Shown here piece by piece: positions 31,937 to 46,202 of a DNA stretch of 64,000 nt. Position 1 is the first letter of the stretch; every line of letters begins with the position of its first letter. The stretch comes from Eledone cirrhosa (taxonomy: Eukaryota): contig OZ024748.1 of NCBI GenBank assembly GCA_964016885.1, positions 56,110,001 through 56,174,000 of the forward strand, read 5' to 3'. Below the pieces are notes generated by a model, which saw nothing but the letters and a program-made list of their open reading frames with translations, was not told the origin of the DNA and ran no database searches. The translations under genes and the position numbers were made by a program.

Positions 31937-32356
31937 TGTTTATATATGTATATATGTATGTATGTTAGTAGGTATAAACGTATAAACTATATGCGTAAAA
32001 TATGCACGTGCACGTAACCATAACTATAGCTATACTGTCTGTGCATTGTTGAACGTAATACATAATAAATGTAGATATGAATGTAAAACCTGCACTTTTA
32101 CTCATTTCCCCTGCTTGCCCTTTTTCTCCATAATATTGATTTGTACATTTTCCCTACATAGTCTTAAACGTTGCTATTCCACGATTCTTCAACATAAGCT
32201 AACGTTTTTTTCCCCCTTCCCTGTGTCGTTTTTCTTATATGACATCGGTGCTGTTCTGCTTCTGTATCGGTTCCCAGCTTTTGCATACCTACATGCAATT
32301 TATTCGAAGATCTACTACACGCATAATTCCATCTAGTAATGTTAAATGTATATACA

Positions 32357-32395
<39 letters not shown>

Positions 32396-32419
32396 ATATG
32401 TATATGAATATATATATAT

Positions 32420-32668
<249 letters not shown>

Positions 32669-33240
32669 AATATATACACATGCACACCCACGCAAACACA
32701 CACACACACACAAAAACACACACACACATATATATAAATATATATATATATATGTATAACTATATATGTGTGTATGAGTATATGTGCATGTGTGCAGGTA
32801 TGTAAGTGCGTACAAATAGGGAGGGATACAGAGTTAGTTTTAAAGTTAGAAAGAGTATATTGTTACGTAAATTACTACATTCATTTTAACCACAACGTAA
32901 AATAAAGGAAATAAGTTCACATTTTGCTACAAATAATATATAGCATACATGGACGCAGATTGACACTTGTTAGATGTTTGGGACATGTTTAAGCATCCAG
33001 CTGATGAGGAAAGTCACCATTTATATGTATACTGTGTACATATGTATATTTGTGTATATATAAATATTTATATACATAAATATATATATAGATATATATA
33101 TAAATATATATATAAATATATATGTAAATATCTGTTATTTTAATAAATCTAGATATATATGTATATATATTTTTTTTACCCTCTCTCACAAATACACATA
33201 TATATATATTCTCACTTATTTTTATGTAACTATTTATGTT

Positions 33241-33297
33241 AGTGTCTACTACATACATCTCTGTAATTTCACACGATGGCCATCGTGTGAACTTACG
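33241..33297 (-). other. Fold-back palindrome adjoining a putative HHR 3' half
   Basis: Palindrome gtaatttcacacgatgg|ccatcgtgtgaacttac centred at 33279/33280; minus strand GAAAUUACAgagauguaUGUAGUA gacac. Confidence 0.4.
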
Positions 33298-33582
33298 ATG
33301 CATATATATATATATATACATATGACGAAAAATTTAGTATGGTTCGTTGATTACTGAACGAATACAATTTTGCAATAGATTAGAAGCACTCAACAGTGAT
33401 TTTCAATACTGGAATTGAATATTCAAGACCGTAGCGGTATGTCATATATCAAATCATATATGTTATCCGAGGAAAACGTACCTTTGAAATATATATAATA
33501 AAGTATATATTTTGATTATGCGAATATTTTGCCATTTGTTAACATTTTGAATAATATATATTTACGTATCTATCTATCTATA

Positions 33583-33648
<66 letters not shown>

Positions 33649-33831
33649 TATTATATACATATATATATATTAATAATAATGATAATAATACCAATAATAA
33701 TAAATGTGAAGTCTAAAATCCGAAGCGGGTCCGATAGGGATAATATATAATTTCAGAAGTTCCCTTTAAGGGTGAAAGCAGCGATTATTTGCTTAATGTT
33801 TAATCTGCTATTTTAATAATTCTATATATAA

Positions 33832-33898
<67 letters not shown>

Positions 33899-34109
33899 TA
33901 TATATAAAGAGAGAGAGTGAGAGAGACAGAGAGAGAGAGAGAGAGTGGGAGAGAGAGAGTGAGAGAGATTAGTATTTATTTCCACGTGGGTATTTATATT
34001 AACACCAGTATGTATATAAGTGAGGTAAAGATTGCTTACTTTTTTCACTTAAATTGCGTAAATAAACCTCGATACAGACGCACACGTATATACACACATA
34101 TGGGTAGGC

Positions 34110-34180
<71 letters not shown>

Positions 34181-34201
34181 GTATGTATATATATATATAT
34201 A

Positions 34202-34237
<36 letters not shown>

Positions 34238-34277
34238 CCATGTGTATTTATATATATATACATATATATATCTCTAA

Positions 34278-34331
<54 letters not shown>

Positions 34332-34526
34332 TATAAATATATATATATATATGTGTGTATATATTTATATATATTATATATGTGTATGTATATATATATA
34401 TATATATATGCGTGTATACATATATATATACTATATATATATATATATATATGTATACATATATATATATATATATATATATATGTATACATATATATAT
34501 ATATGTATACATATATATATATATAC

Positions 34527-34560
<34 letters not shown>

Positions 34561-34663
34561 GTATACATATATATATATATATACATATATATACATATAT
34601 ATATATATATGTATACATATATCTATATATATATGTATACATATATCTATATATATGTATATT

Positions 34664-34755
<92 letters not shown>

Positions 34756-34820
34756 TATCTGTATATATATTGATAAACGTATGTATATTTATATTCATAT
34801 ATATATATATATTCATATAT

Positions 34821-34857
<37 letters not shown>

Positions 34858-34886
34858 CATATATATATTTTCTAATATATATGTTC

Positions 34887-34919
<33 letters not shown>

Positions 34920-34930
34920 TATAATATAAA

Positions 34931-35120
34931 GTGTCGGTATGCCGACGCCTGAGCTCTTGCTGTGTCAACAGCTTCTTCCAGCTGGAACTATATGTTAAAA
35001 CGGCAAGTGCACAACCTTAGGGGTCCCAACTCTTTATAATATAACCACACTCTATTACTCCAAGAAACGAGTACTCTGGGGAGTTCTGGTCTAATTATTT
35101 TTAAACTGAATCAATACTCA
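34931..35120 (+). mobile_element. Diverged family B-like element
   Basis: ccgacgcctgagctcttgctgtgtcaaca...gttaaaacggcaagtgcacaaccttaggggtcc...cacactctattact...gagtactctgg. Confidence 0.55.
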
Positions 35121-35161
35121 TTTTCTATCTTTCGCCCTTTCTCTGTCTGTCTGTCAGTCAG

Positions 35162-35196
<35 letters not shown>

Positions 35197-35199
35197 GCA

Positions 35200-35315
<116 letters not shown>

Positions 35316-35322
35316 TTATATA

Positions 35323-35427
<105 letters not shown>

Positions 35428-35496
35428 TTATATATATATATTTATATATTTATATATATATATATATTTATATATATATTTATATATTTATATATA

Positions 35497-35616
<120 letters not shown>

Positions 35617-36046
35617 TATAATGATAAGAATATCTCAGGATATCTGGAGAGAAGAACAAATTCAGAGGAGAGAGCCCTATCAAGCGAATATATCGGCCCT
35701 TAAATTCTTTCGTTCCATGGTGGCCGGGCCGCATACATATTCTGTGTGTACTCATATAGAATACATATGGTAAATATGTTGAATCGACTAATATTATTTC
35801 GCATGACATATAGTATCACACACATCATTTGACGTTTCTGACAGAATACAACTTTCAATTTCTTTCTTTTTTGTCATACTTGGGACTTTCTCTATATTTA
35901 ATCTCAACATTATCCTCTCGTATATAATCGTAATTTGTAGTCATGCTTTTCAGTATTTAGATAATAGAAATTTATTATATAACACACACATAGAAATATA
36001 TATATACTTGTTACCCCATATATATTTATATATATATATATATATA

Positions 36047-36460
36047 TGGGGTAACAAGTTATCGTTATAGGTAATCCACTTAGAGGTAGTCCAGTTAGAG
36101 TACTCCGTGTCCTTGATGGTTTTAACGTGTGGCTTAGGTTGACTCAATAAGACGCTGCCATAGTGATGTAACGAGTTCGCGGTAATTTCTATGCAGGTTA
36201 TACTTGGAGTAATAATAATTAAAGAAAGAAGAGTAACATGGTTGGCTGTACAATAAGGACTTTATTCACAGTGCTGACAATTGTTTCATTTATCTGGTGG
36301 GTCTAGAGTTCGCTAATCGCTTGATGCTGCGTCAATCGATTGACGCAGCATCAAGCGATTAGCGAACTCTAAACCCACCAGAGCAACGAAACAATTGTCA
36401 GCACTGTGAGTAAAGCCCTTATTGTACAGCCAAGCATGTTACTATTCTTTCTTTAATTAT
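36047..36460 (-). mobile_element. Family D element: 246-bp spacerless palindrome (36215-36460) plus tail, in (TA)n
   Basis: Axis at 36337/36338 (caatc|gattg); both arms carry GAAACAATTGTC-agcac (HHR-like 3' half with palindromic stem III); the terminus acttgttacccc recurs inverted at 36005-36016. Confidence 0.75.
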
Positions 36461-36737
36461 GTATATATATATATATATATATATCCAGGGAGTATAATTC
36501 AGAGTTAATGTAGGTTCACCCGGTTGAGCACTCGATGTTTAAGGTTCACTATAAATAGTTTTGGTTCAATATATATATATATATGGATTTAAATTAATTT
36601 CATCTATTCATATCATTGGTTTACGATAGTTTCCTAGGATTGATCATATTGACAACTTGTCTGATCTTAAGGAGTTATATAACTGTATATTATCAGACCT
36701 CATATATAGGTTCGATCTGACCGTCTGATCAGAACAG

Positions 36738-36786
<49 letters not shown>

Positions 36787-37379
36787 CTTTAATGCGTTGA
36801 AATTTCCAAGTCACCTAACAGACAGCTGATGAAGGAAAATCTTCTCACGTTCTTGCTTACCTCTTTTTATAATTACACCTTATCCAGCAACTACACATCC
36901 CCTGTTTAACCTTTAATTGCTATATATATAAAGCAGAGAATTTATATTAAACGAAGCCAAATGTTACATGTTTGACTCACTTATTTTATATGTATATGTA
37001 TATATATATATATATAAATGTAAAAGAGTTAGAGAGAGAAGAGAGAGAGGGATTGTGAGAGAAGAAAGAATGTAGTTATTTGGAATTACTGAGAGGAAAC
37101 GTTTTTAAAAATATATAGATGCTTGAAGAAATGTTTGTATGTACCCCTGGTGTCTTTGGCATTCATTAACCTCAAAGCTAATAGTATTCCGATCACTAAT
37201 CCAATCTATCCAGAAAAATTCCATTAGTATCTACGGGTGTTGTCTCCTCTAACCACCTTTCTTTCCGGTTCTCACAGCTATTAATCTATTTGATCGACTA
37301 TTGTTAGTACCATAGTAATTTGCGTTTCAATCACGTTTCAAGTTTAAAATTATCACACTGCTTTTAATCAACAGTTGTT

Positions 37380-37449
<70 letters not shown>

Positions 37450-37556
37450 TGCATGCATGTATGTGTGTATCTGTATATGTATGTATCTATATATGTATGT
37501 ATCTGTATATACATGTATATATATATATATATGCATATATATATATATCTATCTAT

Positions 37557-38130
37557 CTACGGCGGGTAAAATTCCCGAGATCCATGGACAAGTTCTCTCC
37601 AGCGCTCTCTGTCCCTCTTTATCGCTGTCATGTCCTGCGTCTCCAACAGACCAGTGACTGTCCTTAGGGCATCAACATACGTTAACCTTGGTCTTCCTCT
37701 TCCAGTGTGTCCATGTAGGGGCTCCCACAGGAGCACTGAGTGCAATGTCAACTCTGGATGTCGGTTAGCATGTCCAGCGAACCTCAATCTCCTCGGTGTC
37801 ACTTTTGAGCTGACCTTTGGGAGGTTCCCATACAGCTAGAATTGGTTGAGGACTTGCTGTGTTTGGGAGCAAATATTGGGAATACGGAAGATGATGTGGT
37901 TGAGAGGAAGAGCAAAATCTGGGCGGCGTGCCACAGCATGAGATCGGTGTGGGAGTCAGACCTTCGTAAAGATCTGAAAATCCGCCTCTTCATTGCTGTA
38001 GTGGGGTCTGTGCTGCTGTACGGGTCTGAGAATTGGACACTGACCAAGAAACTCACTCAGATGGTGGATGGGTGCTACACGAGAATGCTGAGGATGGCTC
38101 TGAACATTAATCAGTATACACTGAGGATGT
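37557..38130. pseudogene. RTE-clade non-LTR retrotransposon 3' fragment with 5' inversion
   Basis: Plus 37842-38130 encodes ...KIWAACHSMRSVWESDLRKDLKIRLFIAVVGSVLLYGSENWTLTKK... Minus 37557-37837 encodes LYGNLPKVSSKVTPRRLRFAGHANRH...GRGRPRLTYVD...EFYPP*. Same family as 25639. Confidence 0.85.
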
Positions 38131-38234
38131 ATATATATATACATATATATATACACGTGTGTGTGTGTGTGTATGTGTGTGTGTGTGTATCTAAATAAGT
38201 AGGGTTATATATATATAGTTATATATATATATAT

Positions 38235-38367
38235 AGAAAGGCTTCCACAAGAATAGAACTGTTTCATTCGGGAGAAATCATCAGGAAGTCCTGATTAAAT
38301 ATGTACACTCTGCTTTGTATTGAGTACCTTATTTACTGTGGTTACCCCCGATTGAACCCAGGATAAA

Positions 38368-38370
<3 letters not shown>
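38235..38370. mobile_element. Family A element: inverted HHR (minus, 38239-38292) joined to forward tail
   Basis: Minus strand ggacuuc CUGAUGA uuucucccgaau GAAACAGuucuauucUUGUG gaagcc (cleavage triplet mutated to GUG); tail matches 17875-17940. Confidence 0.75.
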
Positions 38371-38414
<44 letters not shown>

Positions 38415-38470
38415 TGCTGATTTTATATGAATGAAACAGTTCTAATCTTCTTGAAGTACTTTTATATAAT
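38415..38470 (+). mobile_element. Decayed family A HHR fragment
   Basis: tgctgattttatatgaatGAAACAGttctaatcttcttgaag resembles the family A core. Confidence 0.45.
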
Positions 38471-38558
38471 AAAGATGCCTCTATACTACACACGTAATGA
38501 TTACCTTTTTTGACTGTAGTGATTCTAGTGATTCCACTTCAACATCCAGGGAGTTATA

Positions 38559-38642
<84 letters not shown>

Positions 38643-38646
38643 TGTG

Positions 38647-38679
<33 letters not shown>

Positions 38680-38931
38680 TTTAGGCTCTGTTTGCATATA
38701 TGGATTTCTAGATGTCTTTGATTCACCAAAGTCAAAATCTGGCAACCAGTGATTCTATTTTTACGTGGTCGGAATAAGATGTCTCAGTCCTTTAGAGTGT
38801 ACTTAGTACAAGATAATCCTAGCTCATTTATTGTATATTATGTTAGCTTGAGATCCTCATTGAAACAGGTTGATTTACAAGACAGAAATATTTTTCCAGT
38901 TCAATATTTAGCTCAAAATACACAAGCACAC

Positions 38932-39175
<244 letters not shown>

Positions 39176-39194
39176 GTATGAACAAATTCAGAGC

Positions 39195-39320
39195 CACAAC
39201 GACTGAGCTCCCCCTGTTTCAACAGTTAGATGTAACTGTTGAAACGGCCGGAGCTCAGCCGTGGGAGTCCTACTACTTCAAGTATCGAACACTTTGGTGA
39301 ATAATGGCCTAACTGTTTAA
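39195..39320 (+). mobile_element. Family B-like element with fold-back hairpin
   Basis: acgactgagctccccctgtttcaacagtta-gatg-taactgttGAAACGGCcggagctcaGCCGTgggagtcc...gtatcgaacactttggtg. Confidence 0.65.
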
Positions 39321-39489
39321 ATAGCTTTCATTCCGATATATATATATATATATATATGTGAAATACCACAAACCATCCATCTCAATTCTACTGTTGAAAA
39401 GCATAAGAACTGTAAAACCGGCAAAGTAAACAAATAAATATTCTTAAAACGTCTCTAGTTGCATTTTCGATTTCTTTTCCTTATATATG

Positions 39490-39520
<31 letters not shown>

Positions 39521-39881
39521 GGGGGGGGGGGCAAAGTGTGTGACCGGTAAATTGATAGAGAGATGAAGATATACGAAAATAGATATAAAGTGAGTGGGAG
39601 GAAAGTGTCTATTTTTTTTTAAAGTTTTATTTGAGTGAATGAGCGTATTAGTGAGATGAAAGTGCAAGATGAGAAAGAGCGAGAGAGAGCGAGGGAGAGA
39701 GAGGGAATGAGAGAGCAGGATAGTGAGAGAGAGAGAGAGGGCAAGATAGTGTCAGAGAGATAGAGAGATGAGGGTGAGTGAGGGTGTAAGTGTGTGTACA
39801 TTGAATGTATTTACTTGATCATTTTGAGCGAGTTAATGATTTCACGAAATGAGTGAGATTGTCTTTATATTAGGGACAGTT

Positions 39882-40017
<136 letters not shown>

Positions 40018-40172
40018 ATGAGTGTATCTGTATGTGTGTTAATGAAATGAAAGTTTTATGCATATATGTAAGCACATACAATTCCACTTACACTCATATA
40101 TACATATATAGGAATTTATATATATAAATATATGTATATATATATAAATTCATATGAATATATATATGTATG

Positions 40173-40220
<48 letters not shown>

Positions 40221-40309
40221 TATGAATTTTATTATATATATATATATATATTTATATATACATACATATATATATTCATATTAATTTATATATATATATA
40301 TTCATATGA

Positions 40310-40355
<46 letters not shown>

Positions 40356-40368
40356 TCATATGAATATA

Positions 40369-40399
<31 letters not shown>

Positions 40400-40466
40400 T
40401 CATATGAATTCATATATATATATATATATATATTGAAGTGAAGTTGACGTATAGGTTGTTTGTGTG

Positions 40467-40503
<37 letters not shown>

Positions 40504-40855
40504 CACTGATACACAGAGATAGAATCTGCCTGAAATGAAGTGTTTTGTAATTAAGTGTCGGTTGCCTAGTCTTCTTCACTGGCAATATATAGATTTAAAG
40601 CAAACTCTGCTGAGGTGATCTTTGACTCTGCCTTGCCTTATTATTGATCGCATTTCATTCTTTCACTCTAACTCCCATTCACACATCCTATCCCGCTGTC
40701 TTCCTCACTCTTTCTATATCTATCTATCTCTACTGTATTCTTACTCTCTTTTTGTCCTCTTTATCTATTCTTTTTTACATTGTGTCTCTGTTATACACCA
40801 ACAGACTAACAAACTGTCTAACACTGGAATTCCTAGTGATTATCTGAAACTCATC

Positions 40856-40984
40856 TATGTATGTATGTATGTATGTATGTATGTATGTATGTATGTATGT
40901 ATGTATGTATGTATGTATGTATGTATGTATGTATGTATGTATGTATGTATGTATGTATGTATGTATGTATGTATGTATGTATGT
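40856..40984. repeat. (TATG)n tetranucleotide microsatellite
   Basis: About 32 uninterrupted units. Confidence 0.95.
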
Positions 40985-41172
40985 AGGTAGGTATGCATGT
41001 AGGTGTGTATGCATGTATGTAGGTATGTATGTATATGTATGCATGTCTGTATGTCTGTATGTCTGTATGTATGTAGGTACGTAGGTATGTATATATGTAG
41101 ATATGTATGTATGTGCGTCTGTGTGTATGTACGCATGTATGTAAGTACGTATGAATATATATATATATATAT

Positions 41173-41280
41173 AAGGAAAATGTTTAACCCCGACGGCAGA
41201 GCTCAAGCCTTTTCAACGGACGGCTATTTTTGGACTAAATTAGAATTGGTCCATATGGTTCCTTACCACACTTCCTTCGT

Positions 41281-41282
<2 letters not shown>
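41173..41282. mobile_element. Family B element, inverted hairpin arm fused to forward tail
   Basis: accccgacggcagagctcaagcc...ggactaaat followed by tggtccatatggttccttaccacacttccttcgtt(ta)n. Confidence 0.7.
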
Positions 41283-41370
<88 letters not shown>

Positions 41371-41440
41371 CAGATATAGATACATAGACAGATATATGTA
41401 TGTAAGCATGTATATAAGAACGTATGTATATATACGTATT

Positions 41441-41745
41441 ACTGTATACTAAGAGTGAGAAATGAAATTTCATTTTTTCCATTTACCGTTTTCTGTACGC
41501 CCGGACGACTAACTCACTCGATATGCAAATTAGGCTGCTCAGCCGTTAATATACATAAGAAAAGTATATACTTTCATACGTTCAATCGACTAACAGGAAG
41601 GTATACGGTGCTGATGACAGCTAATAAGCCAGAAACTAGTTCATCGTTCCTTTGTCAGTGTTGATCAAAAGGGCAACGATGGTTGCCGAACACTGTACGG
41701 CTCAATTCGGACTGTTTGTATACAAACAAACCGAACATTATAATA
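41441..41745 (+). mobile_element. Family E HHR-bearing element
   Basis: Contains an HHR motif; both ends recur in reverse orientation at 45634-45685 and ~45790-45852. Confidence 0.6.
41605..41647 (+). ncRNA. Minimal type I hammerhead ribozyme motif
   Basis: acggug CUGAUGA cagcuaauaagcca GAAACUAGUU caucgu: stem I acggug/caucgu, stem II gcu-aaua-agc, palindromic ACUAGU, GUU site. Confidence 0.65.
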
Positions 41746-41818
41746 TATGTGCATGTATGTATGTATATACATACTTCTGTACGTTTCTATACATATATGT
41801 ATGTACGTATACATACTT

Positions 41819-41866
<48 letters not shown>

Positions 41867-41888
41867 CGTTTCTGACCCTCCCAAATAT

Positions 41889-42000
<112 letters not shown>

Positions 42001-42034
42001 ACATATATGTATACATATATATATATATATATGT

Positions 42035-42176
<142 letters not shown>

Positions 42177-43829
42177 ATACATATATATATATATATATAT
42201 ATTTATATATTTATATATATATATATATATATATTTAGATATATGTATCCTTATTCATTCATATGTTCACGTGTTTTATACATACATGCATATATGTGTG
42301 AGTGTGTGTGTGTGAGTGTGTGTGGGTAAGAGAGAGAGAGAGAGAGAGATTTTATGTGTGTGCAATTATATCTATATCCGTATGATAAATTATAGTATAT
42401 ATCCTGATTACATACAAATCATAATTTTTTGTCACGTAATTGGCGTGTGTAATATATTATTGTTTACCATTCATTCTGGTGAGCTTGTTAAGGTGAGCTA
42501 TATATTATATGATTCTATTATATATACTTTCTAATGCCCTCTAGAGGTCTATCCGCATCCCTAAAGGCGTATGAGTATCTGTATATTCTTATATAGAATA
42601 TCATTTGTGTTTATAACTACATATATGTATGCATACACTATATATATATTTATATATATACGTATATATATATGTAAGCTATATCTATGTCAATATCTAT
42701 ATATTTACCTATCTCTGCCTTTCTTTTTCCTTCCATCTCCTTAAAGAAATACAAGTACAGTGATGTCATAAACATTAGATAAAATAGGAAATGTGTATAA
42801 ACATATCACAAAGTTGGCTTAAAAACCATTTGTGATTACATAAATATGAAAAGGGGAGATAAATACAATATCAAGTAATGAGAAAAGGGGGAAAGTGTAA
42901 TGAAGGGCAGACTTGACTGTATGGGAATGTAGAGGAAAGGACTATATGGGCCATAAATGAGAGGACATTGAGGGGATACTTGCGGTACAGAAGAAAGGAA
43001 CATAGAAGGGGAGAGGATGATGGGTGGTGTTTGGCTTGAACCCCGTAGAAGTAGCTATAAAATGGCCAGTAACACCCGCTGCGTATTTAGCATTTATATT
43101 TCCTTTGACTTGATACTTTTCCCAATCAGGCCTTTGTCTTTTTAGTGATTTTCTTGTTTATTGTTTAGTCTATATATATATATATATATTGGTTAACGGA
43201 AAAAGAAAATGCTGACAAATTGTTCACAGTGAAAAATAGTTTAATTAGGAATAAGTGAGAATTAGTAATAGTATTGGTTAGTATTCAGTTTTGGTTTTAA
43301 GTTTTACCGGTTGCGTATTTCTAATGCTTTTCAAAAATAATTTTGAGATAGAGCGTCCGTGATGTTTGCTCTCTCTCTATATATATATATTTATTTTTGT
43401 TTTCTTTGTGTGTGTTTAAATACATATTCCTACATACATATGTATTTATACACACAAAAGCCCTGACAGGCATATAGAGAATATTTGAAGTGATAACCTT
43501 AATTATATTTCAATAAAGGCAATGTAATATAAAAGGAAAACATGCATTGTTTTATGTATCCTGCATGTTTCAAGACAATAAGCAATGCTTTGAGGGTAAT
43601 TTAGTTGCCAATCTGACACCTGGGATGAGCATGTAGCAATCCATTGTTCATATTCTATTAGTTCTATTGAAATCTAATGATGTGGAGCAACACGTCAACT
43701 TGTGCAATGTCATTTAGTTTTCTCTATTCAAAATTCCGGGAATCAATGCATATCGTAGTGCCTTTACGTAGTAGGGCCATCATAGATTCTGATATCGAGT
43801 ATTCAAGTTGATTGAACAATCGGAACATC

Positions 43830-44080
43830 CTCGACATGAAATAAATGTACGAATTGTTGAGCATGTCATACACCCTTACACTCTTAACGTAACTCTCGGG
43901 AAGACTTAGCCAGTGTGCGACAAACTTGCTAATTTAGATCTGAAATACGCAAACATACTGAACTGTAGCGAAGTGAAATAATGTGTCTTGCACGAAAACA
44001 TAAATTCCACCGCAAATCCATCTCGCAATCTTACGATTGTAAGATATACACCGTACCTACTAGACCAAACGCCTTCATAC
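43830..44080 (-). mobile_element. Decayed SINE (second family)
   Basis: cacccttacactcttaacgtaactctcggg...gtgaaataatgtgtcttgc...caatcttacgattgt...ctagaccaaacgccttca; shares a block with 13085. Confidence 0.5.
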
Positions 44081-44427
44081 CTTTACCTAAAATTATAATC
44101 GTAAACATAATTGTGCTGTTTCTATGGTTCTTAGCTGCATTTGTTTTGACCAATATCACCCTTGATCGAGAAGACTTGTGTACTATGATGAAACTAAATT
44201 ATATCTACTATGGTATATGTTCTTAAGTCATGTTATTATTTTTCTAGTAGGGATTAAATTGAGCGAATAGTACTAGTTATTACTAATAAAGCAAGAAACT
44301 GTAATTGAACTATCGTTAATTTGACATTGGAACTAATTCATGTATCTCTCGTCCTTTTCCTTGAATCCTGATTGGTTTAATTCAAAAGTAAACGTTGGTT
44401 TCAATACCGGAAGAAAATCTACATATA

Positions 44428-44557
44428 TAATTGTTTCTACATTTGGCACAAGGCCAGCAATTACCCACTACATTACTGGTACTTTATTTTATCGGCCCCG
44501 TAAGGATGAAAGGCAAAGTTGACCTCGGCGGGATTTGAGCTCAGAATGGAAAGGGCA
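44428..44557 (-). mobile_element. tRNA-derived SINE
   Basis: Reverse complement of the 2190 core and tail (ggcacaaggccagcaatt...ctggtactttattttatcg...gacctcggcgggatttgagctcaga). Confidence 0.85.
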
Positions 44558-44560
44558 TCA

Positions 44561-44692
44561 ATTTGGAGTGGGGACTTGATTAATCCGACATCAGTGCATT
44601 ACTGGTGCTTTATTTATCGACCCCGTAAGGATGAACAACAAAGCTAACACCGACGGGATCTGAACTCAGACAGTAAAGAGTCGTAACTCTAC
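44561..44692 (-). mobile_element. tRNA-derived SINE (adjacent second copy)
   Basis: actggtgctttatttatcgaccccgtaaggatgaa...gggatctgaactcagac. Confidence 0.75.
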
Positions 44693-45144
44693 ATATATGA
44701 TAATGTAAAGTTCGATTTGTTTTTCCTGTTCAACAATGCTTCAAGGAAACTTCAACAATGTTATATATATAGAAGTTAAAAAAAAACATCGCTATTGTTT
44801 CTTCATATATCTCACGACAAAAAATAAGTAGTGCCAATCATAGAAATAATTATTTTACACAGGACATTTTTACAGTGATTAAATCTTGGTTACGACAATA
44901 TATCTTTTCAATATCTTTGAAAAATAATCAACGAAGTTAATATTTGTAAATGTAGACAATAAGAAAATCAAAATGAATTTTTTTGAAAATCATTTCATGG
45001 TAAAAATCTAATTTTCCATGTTCCTTTTTTTAAAACTTAAATGCATACACGATGAGTTGCGTGTTGATTAAAAATTAATAATTAAATAACGGTCTCAAAA
45101 CAGTTATTTAATTTCTACGAATATAAATGTGCGATTAGCTGCAC

Positions 45145-45400
<256 letters not shown>

Positions 45401-45405
45401 ATATG

Positions 45406-45458
<53 letters not shown>

Positions 45459-45549
45459 TTAAAAATAAAATAATAATTTTATTTCAAACACTAGCAAAGC
45501 TGAAACTTAAAAGTAAGTTAGCTTACGTACACACGTACACACATATATT

Positions 45550-45633
<84 letters not shown>

Positions 45634-45639
<6 letters not shown>

Positions 45640-45855
45640 AAAAATGAAACGAAATTTCATTTCTCATTCTTAGTACGGCTGTTACTTAAATAAAAGTATG
45701 TATACGTACATACATATATGTATACCGACGTACAGTAGTATGTATATATATACATACATGCACACATATATATATGTACGTATGAATTTACCGAACATTT
45801 ATTATAATGCTCGGTGTGTTAGCAACCAGCGTTGCCATTTTGTTCAACACTGTTC
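45634..45855 (-). mobile_element. Family E fragments (reverse orientation), interrupted by TATG-rich sequence
   Basis: gaaatttcatttctcattcttagtac and gcaaccagcgttgccattttgttcaacactg match reverse complements of ~41446-41472 and ~41656-41686. Confidence 0.55.
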
Positions 45856-45863
45856 AATCCCTG

Positions 45864-45920
45864 ATGAGATTCCTGATGATTTCTAAAGAATGAAACAGTT
45901 CTAGTCCTGTAGAATCTCAT
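45864..45920 (+). ncRNA. Type I hammerhead ribozyme (family A), best-preserved copy
   Basis: AUGAGAUUC CUGAUGA uuucuaaagaau GAA ACAG uucuaguc CUGU A GAAUCUCAU: perfect 9-bp stem I, stem II uuc-uaaa-gaa, 4-bp stem III, GUA cleavage after 45911. Confidence 0.8.
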
Positions 45921-45929
45921 ATATATTAA

Positions 45930-46022
<93 letters not shown>

Positions 46023-46119
46023 CATATATATATATATGTATATATATTGTTATACTTGAGGAGAGTCATATTGTTGTAATAATATTGTGCCTGAATTAAT
46101 AACAGAACACACTCATATA

Positions 46120-46200
<81 letters not shown>

Positions 46201-46202
<2 letters not shown>

